A DNA stretch of 28,296 bases, the filler included, from an uncultured virus (IMG/VR IMGVR_UViG_2061766007_004279) (Duplodnaviria > Heunggongvirae > Uroviricota > Caudoviricetes). It is 2 parts of one record of this genome, joined end to end, with 100 filler letters (N's around TTAATTAATTAA, not from the genome) between each part and the next. Parts side by side here need not be neighbours in the genome. Positions count along the whole stretch, not along the records: positions 10,948 to 28,296 come from IMGVR_UViG_2061766007_004279; 1 more part is not named here. One strand, written 5' to 3'. The position numbers were made by a program, and so were the translations under genes. Under the pieces are notes generated by a model, which was not told where the DNA came from, did not search any database, and was given only the letters and a program-made list of their open reading frames with translations. Shown here piece by piece: positions 18,601-28,296 of this stretch. The stretch's first letter is position 1, and the number at the start of each line of letters is the position of its first letter.

Positions 18601-19047
18601 GTGGGAAAACACCTGAATCCGAAGCAGAAAAAATTCGTGCAGGAGTACCTTCGCATCGGGAACGCGACGGAGGCCGCCGTGAGCGCCGGGTACAGCCCGA
18701 AGAGCGCCGCGAGCTGGGGCAGCCGCCTGCTGGACCTGCCGGAGGTGCAGGCGTACCGGCGCGAGATGGAGCAGGAGATGTTCGAGGAGATGGGCGTGAG
18801 CCGGGCGTGGATCGGGCGGCGGCTGGTGGAGATCACGGAGCGGTGCATGCAGAAGACGCCGGTGCTGGAATGGAACAGCGAGACGCGGCAGAAGGAGTTC
18901 TGCGGCGTATGGCAGTTCGACCCGTCCGGGGCGCTGAAGGCGCTGCATGAGCTGGCCGCGCAGATGGGCTTCGCCGAGGGCGGCGAGGCGGAGCAGGCCG
19001 TGAAGCTGATCGTGCTGGGCGACGGCACGGAGGGGATCGATGAGTGA
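18601..19047 (+). CDS. terS: Terminase small subunit
   Basis: LNPKQKKFVQEYLRIGNATEAAVSAGYSPKSAASWGSRLL...ALKALHELA. Confidence 0.92.
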   Translation: MGKHLNPKQKKFVQEYLRIGNATEAAVSAGYSPKSAASWGSRLLDLPEVQAYRREMEQEMFEEMGVSRAWIGRRLVEITERCMQKTPVLEWNSETRQKEFCGVWQFDPSGALKALHELAAQMGFAEGGEAEQAVKLIVLGDGTEGIDE

Positions 19048-20644
19048 GACGGTGTGGGAGCTGCGGCTGAGCGAGAAGCANNNNNNNNNNAAGCCTTCCC
19101 TACGAGCTGCGCGAGGCGTGGCTGTACGGCAACTGGGACGTGATGGCCGGGCAGTACTTCAGCGAGTGGGACCGGAACGTGCACGTTTGCGCGCCGTTCG
19201 AGATCCCNNNNNNNNNNNNNNNNNNNNNNNNNNNNNNNNNNNNNNNNNNNNNNNNNNNNNNNNNNNNNNNNNNNNNNNNNNNNNNNNNNNNNNNNNNNNN
19301 NNNNNNNNNNNNNNNNNNNNNCCGGGAGCGGCGAGGTGCACCGCGGGCTGGTGATCTGGGAGGCGGCAGAGCGGGTGCTGGCGATGGCGGACGGCCGGAG
19401 GATCTACCAGTACCTGGCGCCGCCGGACCTGTTCAGCGCGCGGCAGGAGACCGGGCGGAGCGTGGCGGACATCTTCGCGGAGAAGGGTATGGCGCTGACG
19501 AAGACCAGCAACGACCGCGTGGCCGGGTGGATGGCGGTGCACGAGATGCTGCGCGTCACCGAGGACGCGACGGGGAGGCCGACGGCGAGGCTGAGGATCT
19601 TCCCGCGGTGCGTGAACCTGATCCGCTGCCTGCCCCTGCTGCAGTACGACGAGCGGAGGCCGAGCGACGCGGCGACCGAGCCGCACGAGATCACCCACGG
19701 TCCGGACGCGATCCGGGGCTTCTGCGTGCAGTACATCGCGGCGGCGCACCGGCCGGCGGAGCCNNNNNNNNNNTCGGCTACGGCGGGGCGCGCGGCGGCG
19801 GGAAGAGCTGGGCCGTGCGGCACAAGGCGGCGCTGCTGGCGCTGCGGTACGGCGGGATCCGGATCCTGATCGTGCGGCGGAGCTTCCCGGAGCTGGAGGA
19901 GAACCATATCCGGCCGATGCGGCAGGAGCTGGGCAGCATGGGGACATGGCGGGAGCGGGACAAGAGCTTCCTGTTCCCCAACGGCTCGCGGATCCGCTTC
20001 GGCTACTGCGACAGCGAGAGCGACGTGCTGCGCTACCAGGGCCAGGAGTACGACTGCATCTTCCTGGACGAGGCGACGCAGCTGACGGAGTTCCAGTTCC
20101 AGACCTTCAAGGGCTGCCTGCGCGGCGTGAACGACTTCCCGAAGCGCATGTACGTGACCTGCAACCCCGGCGGCGTTGGGCACGCGTGGGTGAAGCGCCT
20201 GTTCATCGACCGGCAGTACCGCGCCGGGGAGCGGGCGGAGGACCACACGTTCATCCAGGCGGGCGTCTACGACAACAAGGCGCTGATGGAGAAGGACCCG
20301 GAATACGTGGCGCGGCTGGAGAGCCTTCCCTACGAGCTGCGGGAGGCATGGCTGTACGGCAACTGGGACGTGATGGCCGGGCAGTATTTCAGCGAGTGGG
20401 ACCGGAACGTGCACGTTTGCGCGCCGTTCGAGATCCCGGAGCACTGGCGCTGGTACGTGACGATGGACTACGGCATGGACATGCTGGCGGCGTACCTGAT
20501 CGCCGTGGACACGGAGGGGAACGCCTTCGTGACGCAGGAGGTGTACGAGGGCCGCGACCTTGGCGAGAGCGGGCCCGGGGAGATCCACAGGGGACTGGTG
20601 ATCTGGGAGGCGGCAGAGCGGGTGCTGGCGATGGCGGACGGCCG
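19040..20644 (+). CDS. terL: Terminase large subunit (fragments out of order in the scaffold)
   Basis: N-terminus at 19040; Walker A GYGGARGGGKS and Walker B IFLDEATQ, TCNPGG and MDYG in 19774-20644; nuclease end HEITHGPDAIR in 19322-19763. Confidence 0.9.
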
Positions 20645-21473
20645 NNNNNNNNNNNNNNNNNNNNNNNNNNNNNNNNNNNNNNNNNNNNNNNNNNNNNNNN
20701 NNNNNNNNNNNNNNNNNNNNNNNNNNNNNNNNNNNNNNNNNNNNNNNNNNNNNNNNNNNNNNNNNNNNNNNNNNNNNNNNNNNNNNNNNNNNNNNNNNNN
20801 NNNNNNNNNNNNNNNNNNNNNNNNNNNNNNNNNNNNNNNNNNNNNNNNNNNNNNNNNNNNNNNNNNNNNNNNNNNNNNNNNNNNNNNNNNNNNNNNNNNN
20901 NNNNNNNNNNNNNNNNNNNNNNNNNNNNNNNNNNNNNNNNNNNNNNNNNNNNNNNNNNNNNNNNNNNNNNNNNNNNNNNNNNNNNNNNNNNNNNNNNNNN
21001 NNNNNNNNNNNNNNNNNNNNNNNNNNNNNNNNNNNNNNNNNNNNNNNNNNNNNNNNNNNNNNNNNNNNNNNNNNNNNNNNNNNNNNNNNNNNNNNNNNNN
21101 NNNNNNNNNNNNNNNNNNNNNNNNNNNNNNNNNNNNNNNNNNNNNNNNNNNNNNNNNNCTGGAGCGGCAGCAGAAGCGGCGGAGAAGGCGGTAGGGAAAA
21201 ACCAGAAAAAAGAACCGTCCCCGATTCTTGCAGGTGATCCCGAAAACAGAGTCGTCATTTTGACGGAAGAGTTTCAGATATTTGGCGTTTCAGCCGGATA
21301 TCTGAAATTTTTATTGCAATTTCATATTGATAACTCAGGGGAAAAACAAAATCAGCGGAATCAACAAAAAAGTTGCCGACGGCTGCTGACTGCCCTGTGC
21401 GAGGATGTATGCGGGCTATGATAAAGCCTCATTCGCGTTCGCCGGCTGTACAGGCGAGGAAAGGAACGATCCC

Positions 21474-22259
21474 ATGGAAGATTTCGAAATCCTGGATATG
21501 GACCAGGAGGGGGAAGCCGTGACTCCCCGGGACGTGGACGATGGAAACGGGACCCCGGCCGAGGAAGCCGATGGCGTAAAGAGCTCTGACAGCGCCGAGC
21601 AGAGCGGGAAGAACGCCCAGAGCCACGAGGACAACCGCCGCTACCAGGCGGCGCGCCGGTCCGGCGAGAAGGCCGGATACGACAAAGCGCTGAGGGAGAT
21701 CAACGAGAGGATCGCCCGGAGCGGGATGCGGGACCCCGGGAGCGGGGAAACGATCCGCAGCATCGAGGCGCTGGAGTCGTACGGCGAGAGCTACCGGAAG
21801 GCGCAGATCAAGCAGAGGGCCCAGAAGGAAGGCCGCAGCGAGGCCGAGGTGGAGGAGGAGGAAGCGAACCGCGCGTTCGTGACCGAGAGCCGCCGGAAGG
21901 CCGAGGAGGACCGGAAGCAGAAGGACGAGGAGAAGAAGCGCCTGGACTGGGCGCGGCAGGACGCCGCGGCGTTCGGCGAGGAATACCCGGACGTGGATCT
22001 GGGCGCGCTGACCGGGAACAAGGCGTTCATCCGCTTCTGCGGGAGCCGGTTCGGCCGCGAGCCGCTGGCCGGGCNNNNNNNNNNCGAGGCCGGCAAGGCC
22101 GCTGCCGCGAAGGCGGAGAGCAAGGACAGGCGCTCCACCGGGACCGGGGCGGGATCCGGAGCGGAGGCGCTGACCGCCGCCCAGCAGAAAGAGCTGGACG
22201 AGTGGAACCGGAGCTATCCGCAGATGAAGATGACCGCGAAGGAATACCTTGCGCGGTAG
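21474..22259 (+). CDS. Capsid scaffolding protein
   Basis: Acidic N-terminus, coiled coil, YQAARR, YPDVD and a GTG-rich tail; immediately upstream of the head genes. Confidence 0.7.
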   Translation: MEDFEILDMDQEGEAVTPRDVDDGNGTPAEEADGVKSSDSAEQSGKNAQSHEDNRRYQAARRSGEKAGYDKALREINERIARSGMRDPGSGETIRSIEALESYGESYRKAQIKQRAQKEGRSEAEVEEEEANRAFVTESRRKAEEDRKQKDEEKKRLDWARQDAAAFGEEYPDVDLGALTGNKAFIRFCGSRFGREPLAGXXXXEAGKAAAAKAESKDRRSTGTGAGSGAEALTAAQQKELDEWNRSYPQMKMTAKEYLAR

Positions 22260-22265
22260 AAACGG

Positions 22266-22315
22266 CACCTCATCCGTCAGCCGGAGGGCTGACACCTTCC
22301 CCTCAAGGGGAAGGC
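22266..22315 (+). repeat. REP-like double-hairpin repeat; second copy at 15742-15787
   Basis: CACCTCATCCG-hairpin-CACCTTCCCCTC(A/G)AGGGGAAGGC in both places. Confidence 0.75.
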
Positions 22316-22351
22316 TCAAAAAACGAACAAAACGAAAGGAGCAATGAGAGC

Positions 22352-23035
22352 ATGAGACCTATTCAGAACGCGGGAGGGCATGTGGGCCTGACCGCAAGGG
22401 AATACCCCATCGCGACCTCCACCGCCATCAGCGCGGGCGAGGTGGTAAAACTGTCTGCCGGCCTTGTGGTGGCTTCCGCNNNNNNNNNNNNNNNNNNNNN
22501 NNNNNNNNNNNNNNNNNNNCATCCCGGCACGGCCGACGCGCTGAACCCCCGGGCCAACGGCACCGGGATCCTGGTGTACGACAACCCGGAGCTGATCTTC
22601 GAGTGCCCGGCGCCGGTGATCGCCGCCGCTGCCTCCGGCAACGACGCGACCTCCATCACGCCGAAGTCCGGCGACGTTGACAGCACCAGCGCCGACGATT
22701 CCTTCAACAACAGCATCCTTGTGCTGATCAAGAAGGGAGCGTCCAGCACCAACACCGACCCCGTCGGCAAGAAGATCACCATCACGGACTACGCCAAGAC
22801 CAACACCGTCATCACCAAGGCCAGCGGCGGGATCGCCTGCGAAGGCGACCAGTTCGAGGTGTACCCGGCCCTGGGCGCGGCTGTGGGCGGCATCGCCAGC
22901 CTGGACAGCACCACGATCAGCAAGCTGGTCGTGACCACCAAGGGAGCCACCAAGATCAAGTGCGTGGGCCATGACTATGACCGCCACATGATCCGCCTGA
23001 TGGCTGTGGAGCACAGCCTGGGCGTGGAAGACTAA
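22352..23035 (+). CDS. Probable head decoration/minor capsid protein
   Basis: AISAGEVVKLSAG...VYDNPELIFE; Ala/Gly/Thr-rich; lies between scaffold and major capsid genes. Confidence 0.6.
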   Translation: MRPIQNAGGHVGLTAREYPIATSTAISAGEVVKLSAGLVVASXXXXXXXXXXXXXXHPGTADALNPRANGTGILVYDNPELIFECPAPVIAAAASGNDATSITPKSGDVDSTSADDSFNNSILVLIKKGASSTNTDPVGKKITITDYAKTNTVITKASGGIACEGDQFEVYPALGAAVGGIASLDSTTISKLVVTTKGATKIKCVGHDYDRHMIRLMAVEHSLGVED

Positions 23036-23053
23036 GAGAGGAGAGTGAAAGAA

Positions 23054-23987
23054 ATGCCGAATTTTTCTGCGTGGAAGACCGATAACTACAAGTTCGTGGG
23101 CAAGGCGTTCGACTTTGCCTACGCCGACCGGCTGAACAAACTCAGCCCGGTGGTGGGCGAGGTCAATGCCAAGAGCATCGACTACGAGATCACCGGCTCC
23201 GGCGGCTACGGCGAGCTGGCCCGGTACGAGGGAATCATCAACGAGGGAAGCCTGCACCGGGGCTTCAAGACCATCATCCGTCCCGAGGAGTTCAGCCTGT
23301 CCATCCCCGTGGACTACAAGGCCGCGAAGATCGACAAGATGGGCGAGACCAAGAAGGTGGGCACCAAGCTGGGCGACAGCGCCGCGCTGACCGTGTACCT
23401 GCANNNNNNNNNNNNNNNNNNNNNNNNNNNNNNNNNNNNNNNNNNNNNNNNNNNNNNNNNNNNNNNNNNNNNNGGCGAGCAAGGGCAGCTCCGGCCGGAC
23501 CTTCGTGGCCGATCCGGACGCCGGCACCTACTCCAACGTGAGCACCGACGCCTTCAGCGTAAGCGCCATCACCGCCGCGCAGGCCCGTGCCAACCGTTTC
23601 GTGACGCCGGACGGCATGCCGTTCCTGTGCGACTTCGACACGGTGCTGATCGCTCCCGAGCTGGAGGAGAAGGCCAAGAAGATGTTCGGCGAGAACGCCC
23701 GCCTGATGCCTTCGAAGGATCCGGAGAGCGACTACAATGCCGCGAACCCGGTGTACGGGATGCAGTACATCGTGGTGGGCGGCGGCGCGGACGGCTTCGG
23801 CCCGACCCAGTGGGCCGTGTGCGACCGGCGCCTGATGAAGGAGCTGGTGAACATCGTGTACAACACGAGGCCGACCGTGATGCAGAGCCAGCTGGACAAC
23901 CCGCTGAAGGACATGTACACCGCGTACGTCGACTTCGGCGTGGGCTGGGGCGACGCGCGGCAGATCATCTTCGGGAATCCCTCGTAA
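23054..23987 (+). CDS. Major capsid protein (Mu gpT-like HK97 fold; gapped)
   Basis: DTVLIAPELEEKAKK...NAANPV...WAVCD...YVDFGVGWGDARQIIFGNP pattern; position in the head module. Confidence 0.75.
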
Positions 23988-23992
23988 TTATT

Positions 23993-24027
23993 TCGTCCGC
24001 GACCCATTTCATTGGGCTCGCGGACGA
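23993..24027. repeat. Hairpin after the capsid gene, related to the 8856/11010 element; possible terminator
   Basis: TCGTCCGCGA-CCCATTTCATTGGG-CTCGCGGACGA. Confidence 0.55.
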
Positions 24028-24136
24028 GAGGGNNNNNNNNNNNNNNNNNNNNNNNNNNNNNNNNNNNNNNNNNNNAAAACGATCCCGATTCTTTCGCGCC
24101 TGCGGGCGCGAACTCTGTGAGACTGGAGTGTGAAAA

Positions 24137-24422
24137 ATGCTGAACAAGATCGTGAAAATAGAGAAACTGACGCTGGGGACCTCCGCGCAGAGCGTGAAGG
24201 TGAACGGGCTGGCCTGCATGGTGCAGAACCTGAGCGACAGCGCCAGCGTGTACTTCAAAGAGAAGAGCGAGGACGGGAAGGCGGCGACCGCGTCCAACGG
24301 CTGGNNNNNNNNNNNNNNNNNNNNNNNNNNNNNNCGAGTTTCCCCTGGTGGCCCGTGAGCTGAGCCTGATCTCCAGCGCGTCCTCAACCGACGTCCGGGT
24401 GATGATCCTGGATCTGGGGTAA
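24137..24422 (+). CDS. Small virion structural protein
   Basis: Beta-rich, VQNLSDSASVYF...LSLISSASSTDVRVMILDLG*; frame changes at an N run. Confidence 0.55.
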
Positions 24423-24490
24423 GAACAAGGCCGCGGCCCGGATGTACCGGGCGCGCGGCTGCGGCTTTTGAAGGGAGACCTGACCGCGAT

Positions 24491-24833
24491 ATGACGATAA
24501 CAGGAACGAACATCAAAATGGTGCGGGGCGACACCGAAACGCTGACCGTGACGCTCGACGGCGGGAGCTTCGAAACGGGCGACACGGTCTATCTCACCGT
24601 GCGGCCGTCGGTCGACGAGGACATCAGCTTCCAGAAGATCGTAACGGTCTTCATGGAAGGAGCGGCGTTCTTCATCATCGAGCCGGACGACACGGCGGGC
24701 CTGGNNNNNNNNNNNNNNNNNNNNNNNNNNNNNNNNNNNNNNNNNNNNNNTCCAGCTCACCGCGGCCAACGGGACCGTGGCGACGCTGGTGAAAAAATCC
24801 AAATTCACACTGGAGGAAGAGGTGACCTACTGA
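24491..24833 (+). CDS. BppU-like baseplate/fibre adaptor protein
   Basis: IKMVRGDTETLTV...IEPDDTAGL...QLTAANGTVATLVKKSKFTLEEEVTY*. Confidence 0.6.
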
Positions 24834-25108
24834 TGGCGATCAGCGGAGGCGGGAAGATCCGGGCGACACTGGCCTCCGGGGGNNNNNNNNNNNNNNNNNN
24901 NNNNNNCGGAGGGAACCTGACGGCGACGCTGGGGCGCGACGTAACGGTCTCCGGATACTACGGAGGGCCATACGAGGTGACGCCGTCCGGGGAGACGCAG
25001 ATCCTCGCGGCAGCCGGCAGGATCGCCGAGAGGGACATCATCGTGAACCCGATCCCCAGCAACTACGGCCGCATCACATGGGACGGATCCGTCCTGACAG
25101 TTTCATAA
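24833..25108 (+). CDS. Small tail-associated protein (variant 1)
   Basis: YGGPYEVTPS...IIVNPIPSNYGRITWDGSVLTVS. Confidence 0.6.
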   Translation: MAISGGGKIRATLASGXXXXXXXXXGGNLTATLGRDVTVSGYYGGPYEVTPSGETQILAAAGRIAERDIIVNPIPSNYGRITWDGSVLTVS

Positions 25109-25123
25109 AAAGGAGATAGTAAC

Positions 25124-25416
25124 ATGGCACAGAGTGTTGTCATCAATGGCGTAACTTACAGCAACGTACCGTCAGTCGAGATCCCGAAGAGCGGTTCGGG
25201 AACAGCGGCATTCTACGACACAAGCGACGCGACACTTGATTCCGGCGGCAAGATGCTGTCCGGAAACACGGCTTATGCCAACGGCACCAAATACACCGGC
25301 ACCATCACCACGAAAGCTTCCTCTGATGTAACGGTCAGCGGCGATACCGTGACCGCGCCTGCAGGATACTACGCCAGTAGCGTGAGCAAAAGCGTGGCAG
25401 CAGGCTCGGCGACCGC
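25124..25416 (+). CDS. Tail fibre-like protein N-terminus (variant 1, truncated by gap)
   Basis: MAQSVVINGVTYSNVPSVEIP...MLSGNTAYANGTKYTG...PAGYY. Confidence 0.6.
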
Positions 25417-25427
25417 NNNNNNNNNNA

Positions 25428-25877
25428 ACCGGGACCGAAAGGCGAGCCGGGCGAAGACGGGCAGGACGGCGAAGACGGCGCCGACGGAGTTACCTTCACG
25501 CCGGCGGTGAGCAGCGCGGGCGTGATCTCGTGGACGAACGACGGAGGCCGGCAGAACCCGGAGAGCGTGGACCTGGCGGCGGCGNNNNNNNNNNNNNNNN
25601 NNNNNNNNNNNNNNNNNNNNNNNNNNNNNNNNNNNNNNNNNNNNNNNNNNNNNNNNNNNNNNNNNNNNNNNNNNNNNNNNNNNNNNNNNNNNNNNNNNNN
25701 NNNNNNNNNNNNNNCGGCGCGGACGACTACCCGGGTCCCTACACCGTAACGCCCTCCCCCTCCGTGCAGACCCTCCTGACCGCCGGGCTGAAGGCGGTGA
25801 GCAATATCACGGTCAATCCCATCCCATCCAACTACGGCCTCATCACGTGGAACGGGGCCATACTTACAGTTTCGTAA
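25428..25877 (+). CDS. Collagen-like tail-associated protein (variant 2, partial)
   Basis: GPKGEPGEDGQDGEDGADGVTFTPAVSSAGVISWTNDGG, ending ITVNPIPSNYGLITWNGAILTVS*. Confidence 0.6.
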   Translation, partial: TGTERRAGRRRAGRRRRRRRSYLHAGGEQRGRDLVDERRRPAEPGERGPGGGXXXXXXXXXXXXXXXXXXXXXXXXXXXXXXXXXXXXXXXXXXXXGADDYPGPYTVTPSPSVQTLLTAGLKAVSNITVNPIPSNYGLITWNGAILTVS

Positions 25878-25890
25878 AGGAGAAATCAAT

Positions 25891-26545
25891 ATGGCACAGA
25901 ATGTTGTCATCAATGGCGTAACCTACAGCTCGGTACCTCGTGTAGAAATCCCGCTTGCTGGTTCAGAAACCGGCAAGGCTGTGTTCGTGGATACCAGTGA
26001 CGCTACCTTGAATAACGGGAATAAGATGCTATCCGGAAACACAGCTTACGCCAACGGTACAAAATATACCGGCTCCATCGTCACGAAAACGTCCTCTGAC
26101 GTATCGGTCAGCGGCGATACCGTGACCACACCCGCCGGGTACTACGCCAGCAGCGTGAGCAAAAGCGTGGCGGCTGGTTCGGTGAGCGTAAGCGGTACTG
26201 GATCTGCGACTGTGGATGCGCTGACTTATACATGGAATTCAACGAATNNNNNNNNNNNNNNNNNNNNNNNNNNNNNNNNNNNNNNNNNNNNNNNNNNNNN
26301 NNNNNNNNNNNNNNNNNNNNNNNNNNNNNNNNNNNNNNNNNNNNNNNNNNNNNNNNNNNNNNNNNNNNNNNNNNNNNNNNNNNNNNNNNNNNNNNNNNNN
26401 NNNNNNNNNNNNNNNNNNNNNNNNNNNNNNNNNNNNNNNNNNNNNNNNNNNNNNNNNNNNNNNNNNNNNNNNNNNNNNNNNNNNNNNNNNNNNNNNNNNT
26501 GCCAGCTCGCTCGGCATAGACGGCGATATCTATATCTCTACCTGA
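25891..26545 (+). CDS. Tail fibre-like protein (variant 2, gapped)
   Basis: Paralog of the 25124 ORF; probable end SSLGIDGDIYIST* at 26545. Confidence 0.6.
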
Positions 26546-26554
26546 GGTGGCGCC

Positions 26555-27191
26555 ATGGGACAGTATGCGAAAGTCAGCGGAGCCTGGGTGACAGGTTCCG
26601 GACTGTACCGAAAAGAGTCCGGCGTCTGGGTACAGTACTCCCACCCGGAACAGATCCTCACGGCAGCCTCGAAACATATCTTCTTCGACAAAAGGTCTAC
26701 AAAGGTAACTATAGCCGTTCATGGCGCTCCCGGCGAAAACGTGCATATCGCCGCCTCACCAAGTGTATTTGTGAATCTGGACAGCGCAGGAGAAGGGACG
26801 GCGACGATCGATGCAGGAACGTGGATTTTTCATGCCGGGACCAGCGGATATTCGGAAACGATCGAGGTCACGTCCGGCACAACGGATGTGTACCTGTATC
26901 CGGAAGGCTATATCTACTGGTACGGGAGGATCCGGTCGGGAGCGACTCTCGGCACGGCGAAAGGAAGCACATCTTATGCTACCCCGTCGATCACGCAGAA
27001 TACGAACAACATCGTCCTGAGCGCGACCGCGAGATATTACCAGGCGCGGCACAACACCTACGCGACCGTGTATTTCACCGGCGTGAGCGTCACGGGATAC
27101 ACGAACCTGAAATTCGTCATCAGCGCCGTATCCGGCAGTTCGGGCACCAGTACGCGGACGATCGGGCAGGCCAGCTCAACGACGGCAGGCT
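26555..27191 (+). CDS. Putative receptor-binding/tail fibre tip protein (end in gap)
   Basis: YAKVSGAW...YRKESGVW N-terminal repeat followed by Thr/Ser/Gly/Tyr-rich beta domains. Confidence 0.55.
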
Positions 27192-27317
27192 NNNNNNNNN
27201 NNNNNNNNNNNNNNNNNNNNNNNNNNNNNNNNNNNNNNNNNNNNNNNNNNNNNNNNNNNNNNNNNNNNNNNNNNNNNNNNNNNNNNNNNNNNNNNNNNNN
27301 NNNNNNNNNNNGGCAAA

Positions 27318-27739
27318 GTGGCACAGTATATCATTCCCGCTTTGGCGGCGATCATCGTGGCGCTCATTGAAGTGCGCGGCGCGAGGGACCGCAAGCGCAC
27401 GGACGCCAGGGCGGCAAGGCGGGCGAAAGAATCCAGGCTGGCGATGGACATGATGTTCGCGGTCTCGGAACAATGCGACGTTTTGTGCATCGCGCTGCAG
27501 GGCGGGAAGATCAACGGAAATGTGGAAGCCGCGCGGGCGACAGCGCAGAAGGCGCGGGACGCCTACCAGGCNNNNNNNNNNTAAACATTCAGGATGACTA
27601 AGAAAAGGAGGAACGAAAAATGAAACTTCCGGNNNNNNNNNNCAACGTGGAAGCCGCGCGGGCGACAGCGCAGAAGGCGCGGGACGCCTACCAGGCGTTT
27701 CTGCGGGACCAGGCGGCAGACCAGGTGACGAAGGTGTGA
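27318..27739 (+). CDS. Single-TM lysis-region protein (split and duplicated by assembly)
   Basis: IIPALAAIIVALIE...LCIALQGGKINGNVEAA...AFLRDQAADQVTKV*. Confidence 0.6.
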
Positions 27740-27776
27740 AAGATCCTTCGCTTCGCTCAGGATGACNNNNNNNNNN

Positions 27777-27964
27777 ATAAGGTTTACGACGTACTCAAGT
27801 GGATCGTGATGATCTGCATCCCCGCGCTGGCGACGGCCTACGTGGGCTGTGCGGCCGTGTGGGGCTGGCCGCTGGCGGAGGAGGTATCCAAGACCGCGAA
27901 CATCGTGTGCGTCCTGCTCGGCGCTCTGCTGGGCATCAGCACTGCGCAGTATTACAAGGGATGA
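27777..27964 (+). CDS. Dp-1-type phage holin (start MKLP displaced to 27620/28042)
   Basis: KVYDVLKWIVMICIPALATAYVGCAAVWGWPLAEEV...LLGALLGISTAQYYKG*; this frame is not in the ORF track. Confidence 0.85.
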
Positions 27965-28296
27965 AATACCGGGAAGGGACACCGCCGGCCGTCNNNNNNN
28001 NNNGAAACATTCAGGATGACTAAGAAAAGGAGGAACGAAAAATGAAACTTCCGGNNNNNNNNNNCCTACCGCGAAGCCTGCGAGCTGACCGCGTACCTGT
28101 GCGTCCTGTACGGGCTGGATCCTTTCGGGACGGCGCTGTACGCGGGCACGGAGGTGCCCGTGATCCTCTGCCACAGGGACAGCGCGGCGCTGGGGCTCGG
28201 GTCCAGCCACGCGGACGTGCTGCACTGGTTCGGACGCTACGGGCGGACGATGGACGACGTGCGGCGGGACGTGGCGGCGCTGATGGCGGAGCGGGA
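27961..28296 (+). CDS. Endolysin, N-acetylmuramoyl-L-alanine amidase (partial)
   Basis: Start MKYREGTPPAV overlaps the holin stop; 28065-28296 reads YREACELTAYLC..YGLDP...ILCH.DS..LGLGSSHADVLHWF, amidase_2-like. Confidence 0.8.

Larger units (their letters stand above)
4973..28296. mobile_element. Temperate prophage integrated at tRNA-Ser (two variants interleaved; right end outside the window)
   Basis: Integrase next to the tRNA 3' end, followed by lysogeny, early/replication, packaging, head, tail-fibre and lysis modules in typical order. Confidence 0.92.

Noticed and set aside
24833..26250. Possible diversity-generating retroelement or invertible shufflon in the duplicated fibre genes
   Set aside because: No reverse transcriptase or invertase is visible, the copies are in direct orientation, and the differences are not adenine-specific.
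8856..27766. Dispersed palindromic repeats as a CRISPR array
   Set aside because: They are not regularly spaced, there are no spacers, and no cas genes are present.

Overview
Heavily gapped scaffold, probably from a GC-rich Clostridia/Oscillospiraceae-like bacterium (inferred from gene content). Bases 1-4830 are host DNA: a large BspA-type leucine-rich-repeat surface protein with fibronectin-III-like repeats, then the 3' end of a probable thymidylate kinase. A tRNA-Ser(GCT) at 4881-4972 is followed by a temperate prophage that fills the rest of the window: tyrosine integrase, accessory cargo, cI/cro switch, excisionase-like gene, PcfK/PcfJ/DUF3102-like early genes, HUH-type Rep, terminase, scaffold, capsid, tail-fibre-like genes, holin and amidase. 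Many segments occur twice with sequence differences, so the scaffold appears to interleave two related prophage variants. The most interesting spot is the slot between integrase and repressor. Variant A carries a NYN/PIN-family RNase with a structured upstream leader. Variant B carries a DUF3644-like HEPN RNase (RNTSTH motif) faced by a convergent, separately promoted, structured ~85-nt non-coding RNA, a candidate RNase plus RNA-antitoxin defence module. The variants also differ in Cro tail and operator palindrome, and the integrase lacks the canonical first catalytic Arg. N-run lengths are unreliable, so coordinates spanning gaps are approximate.
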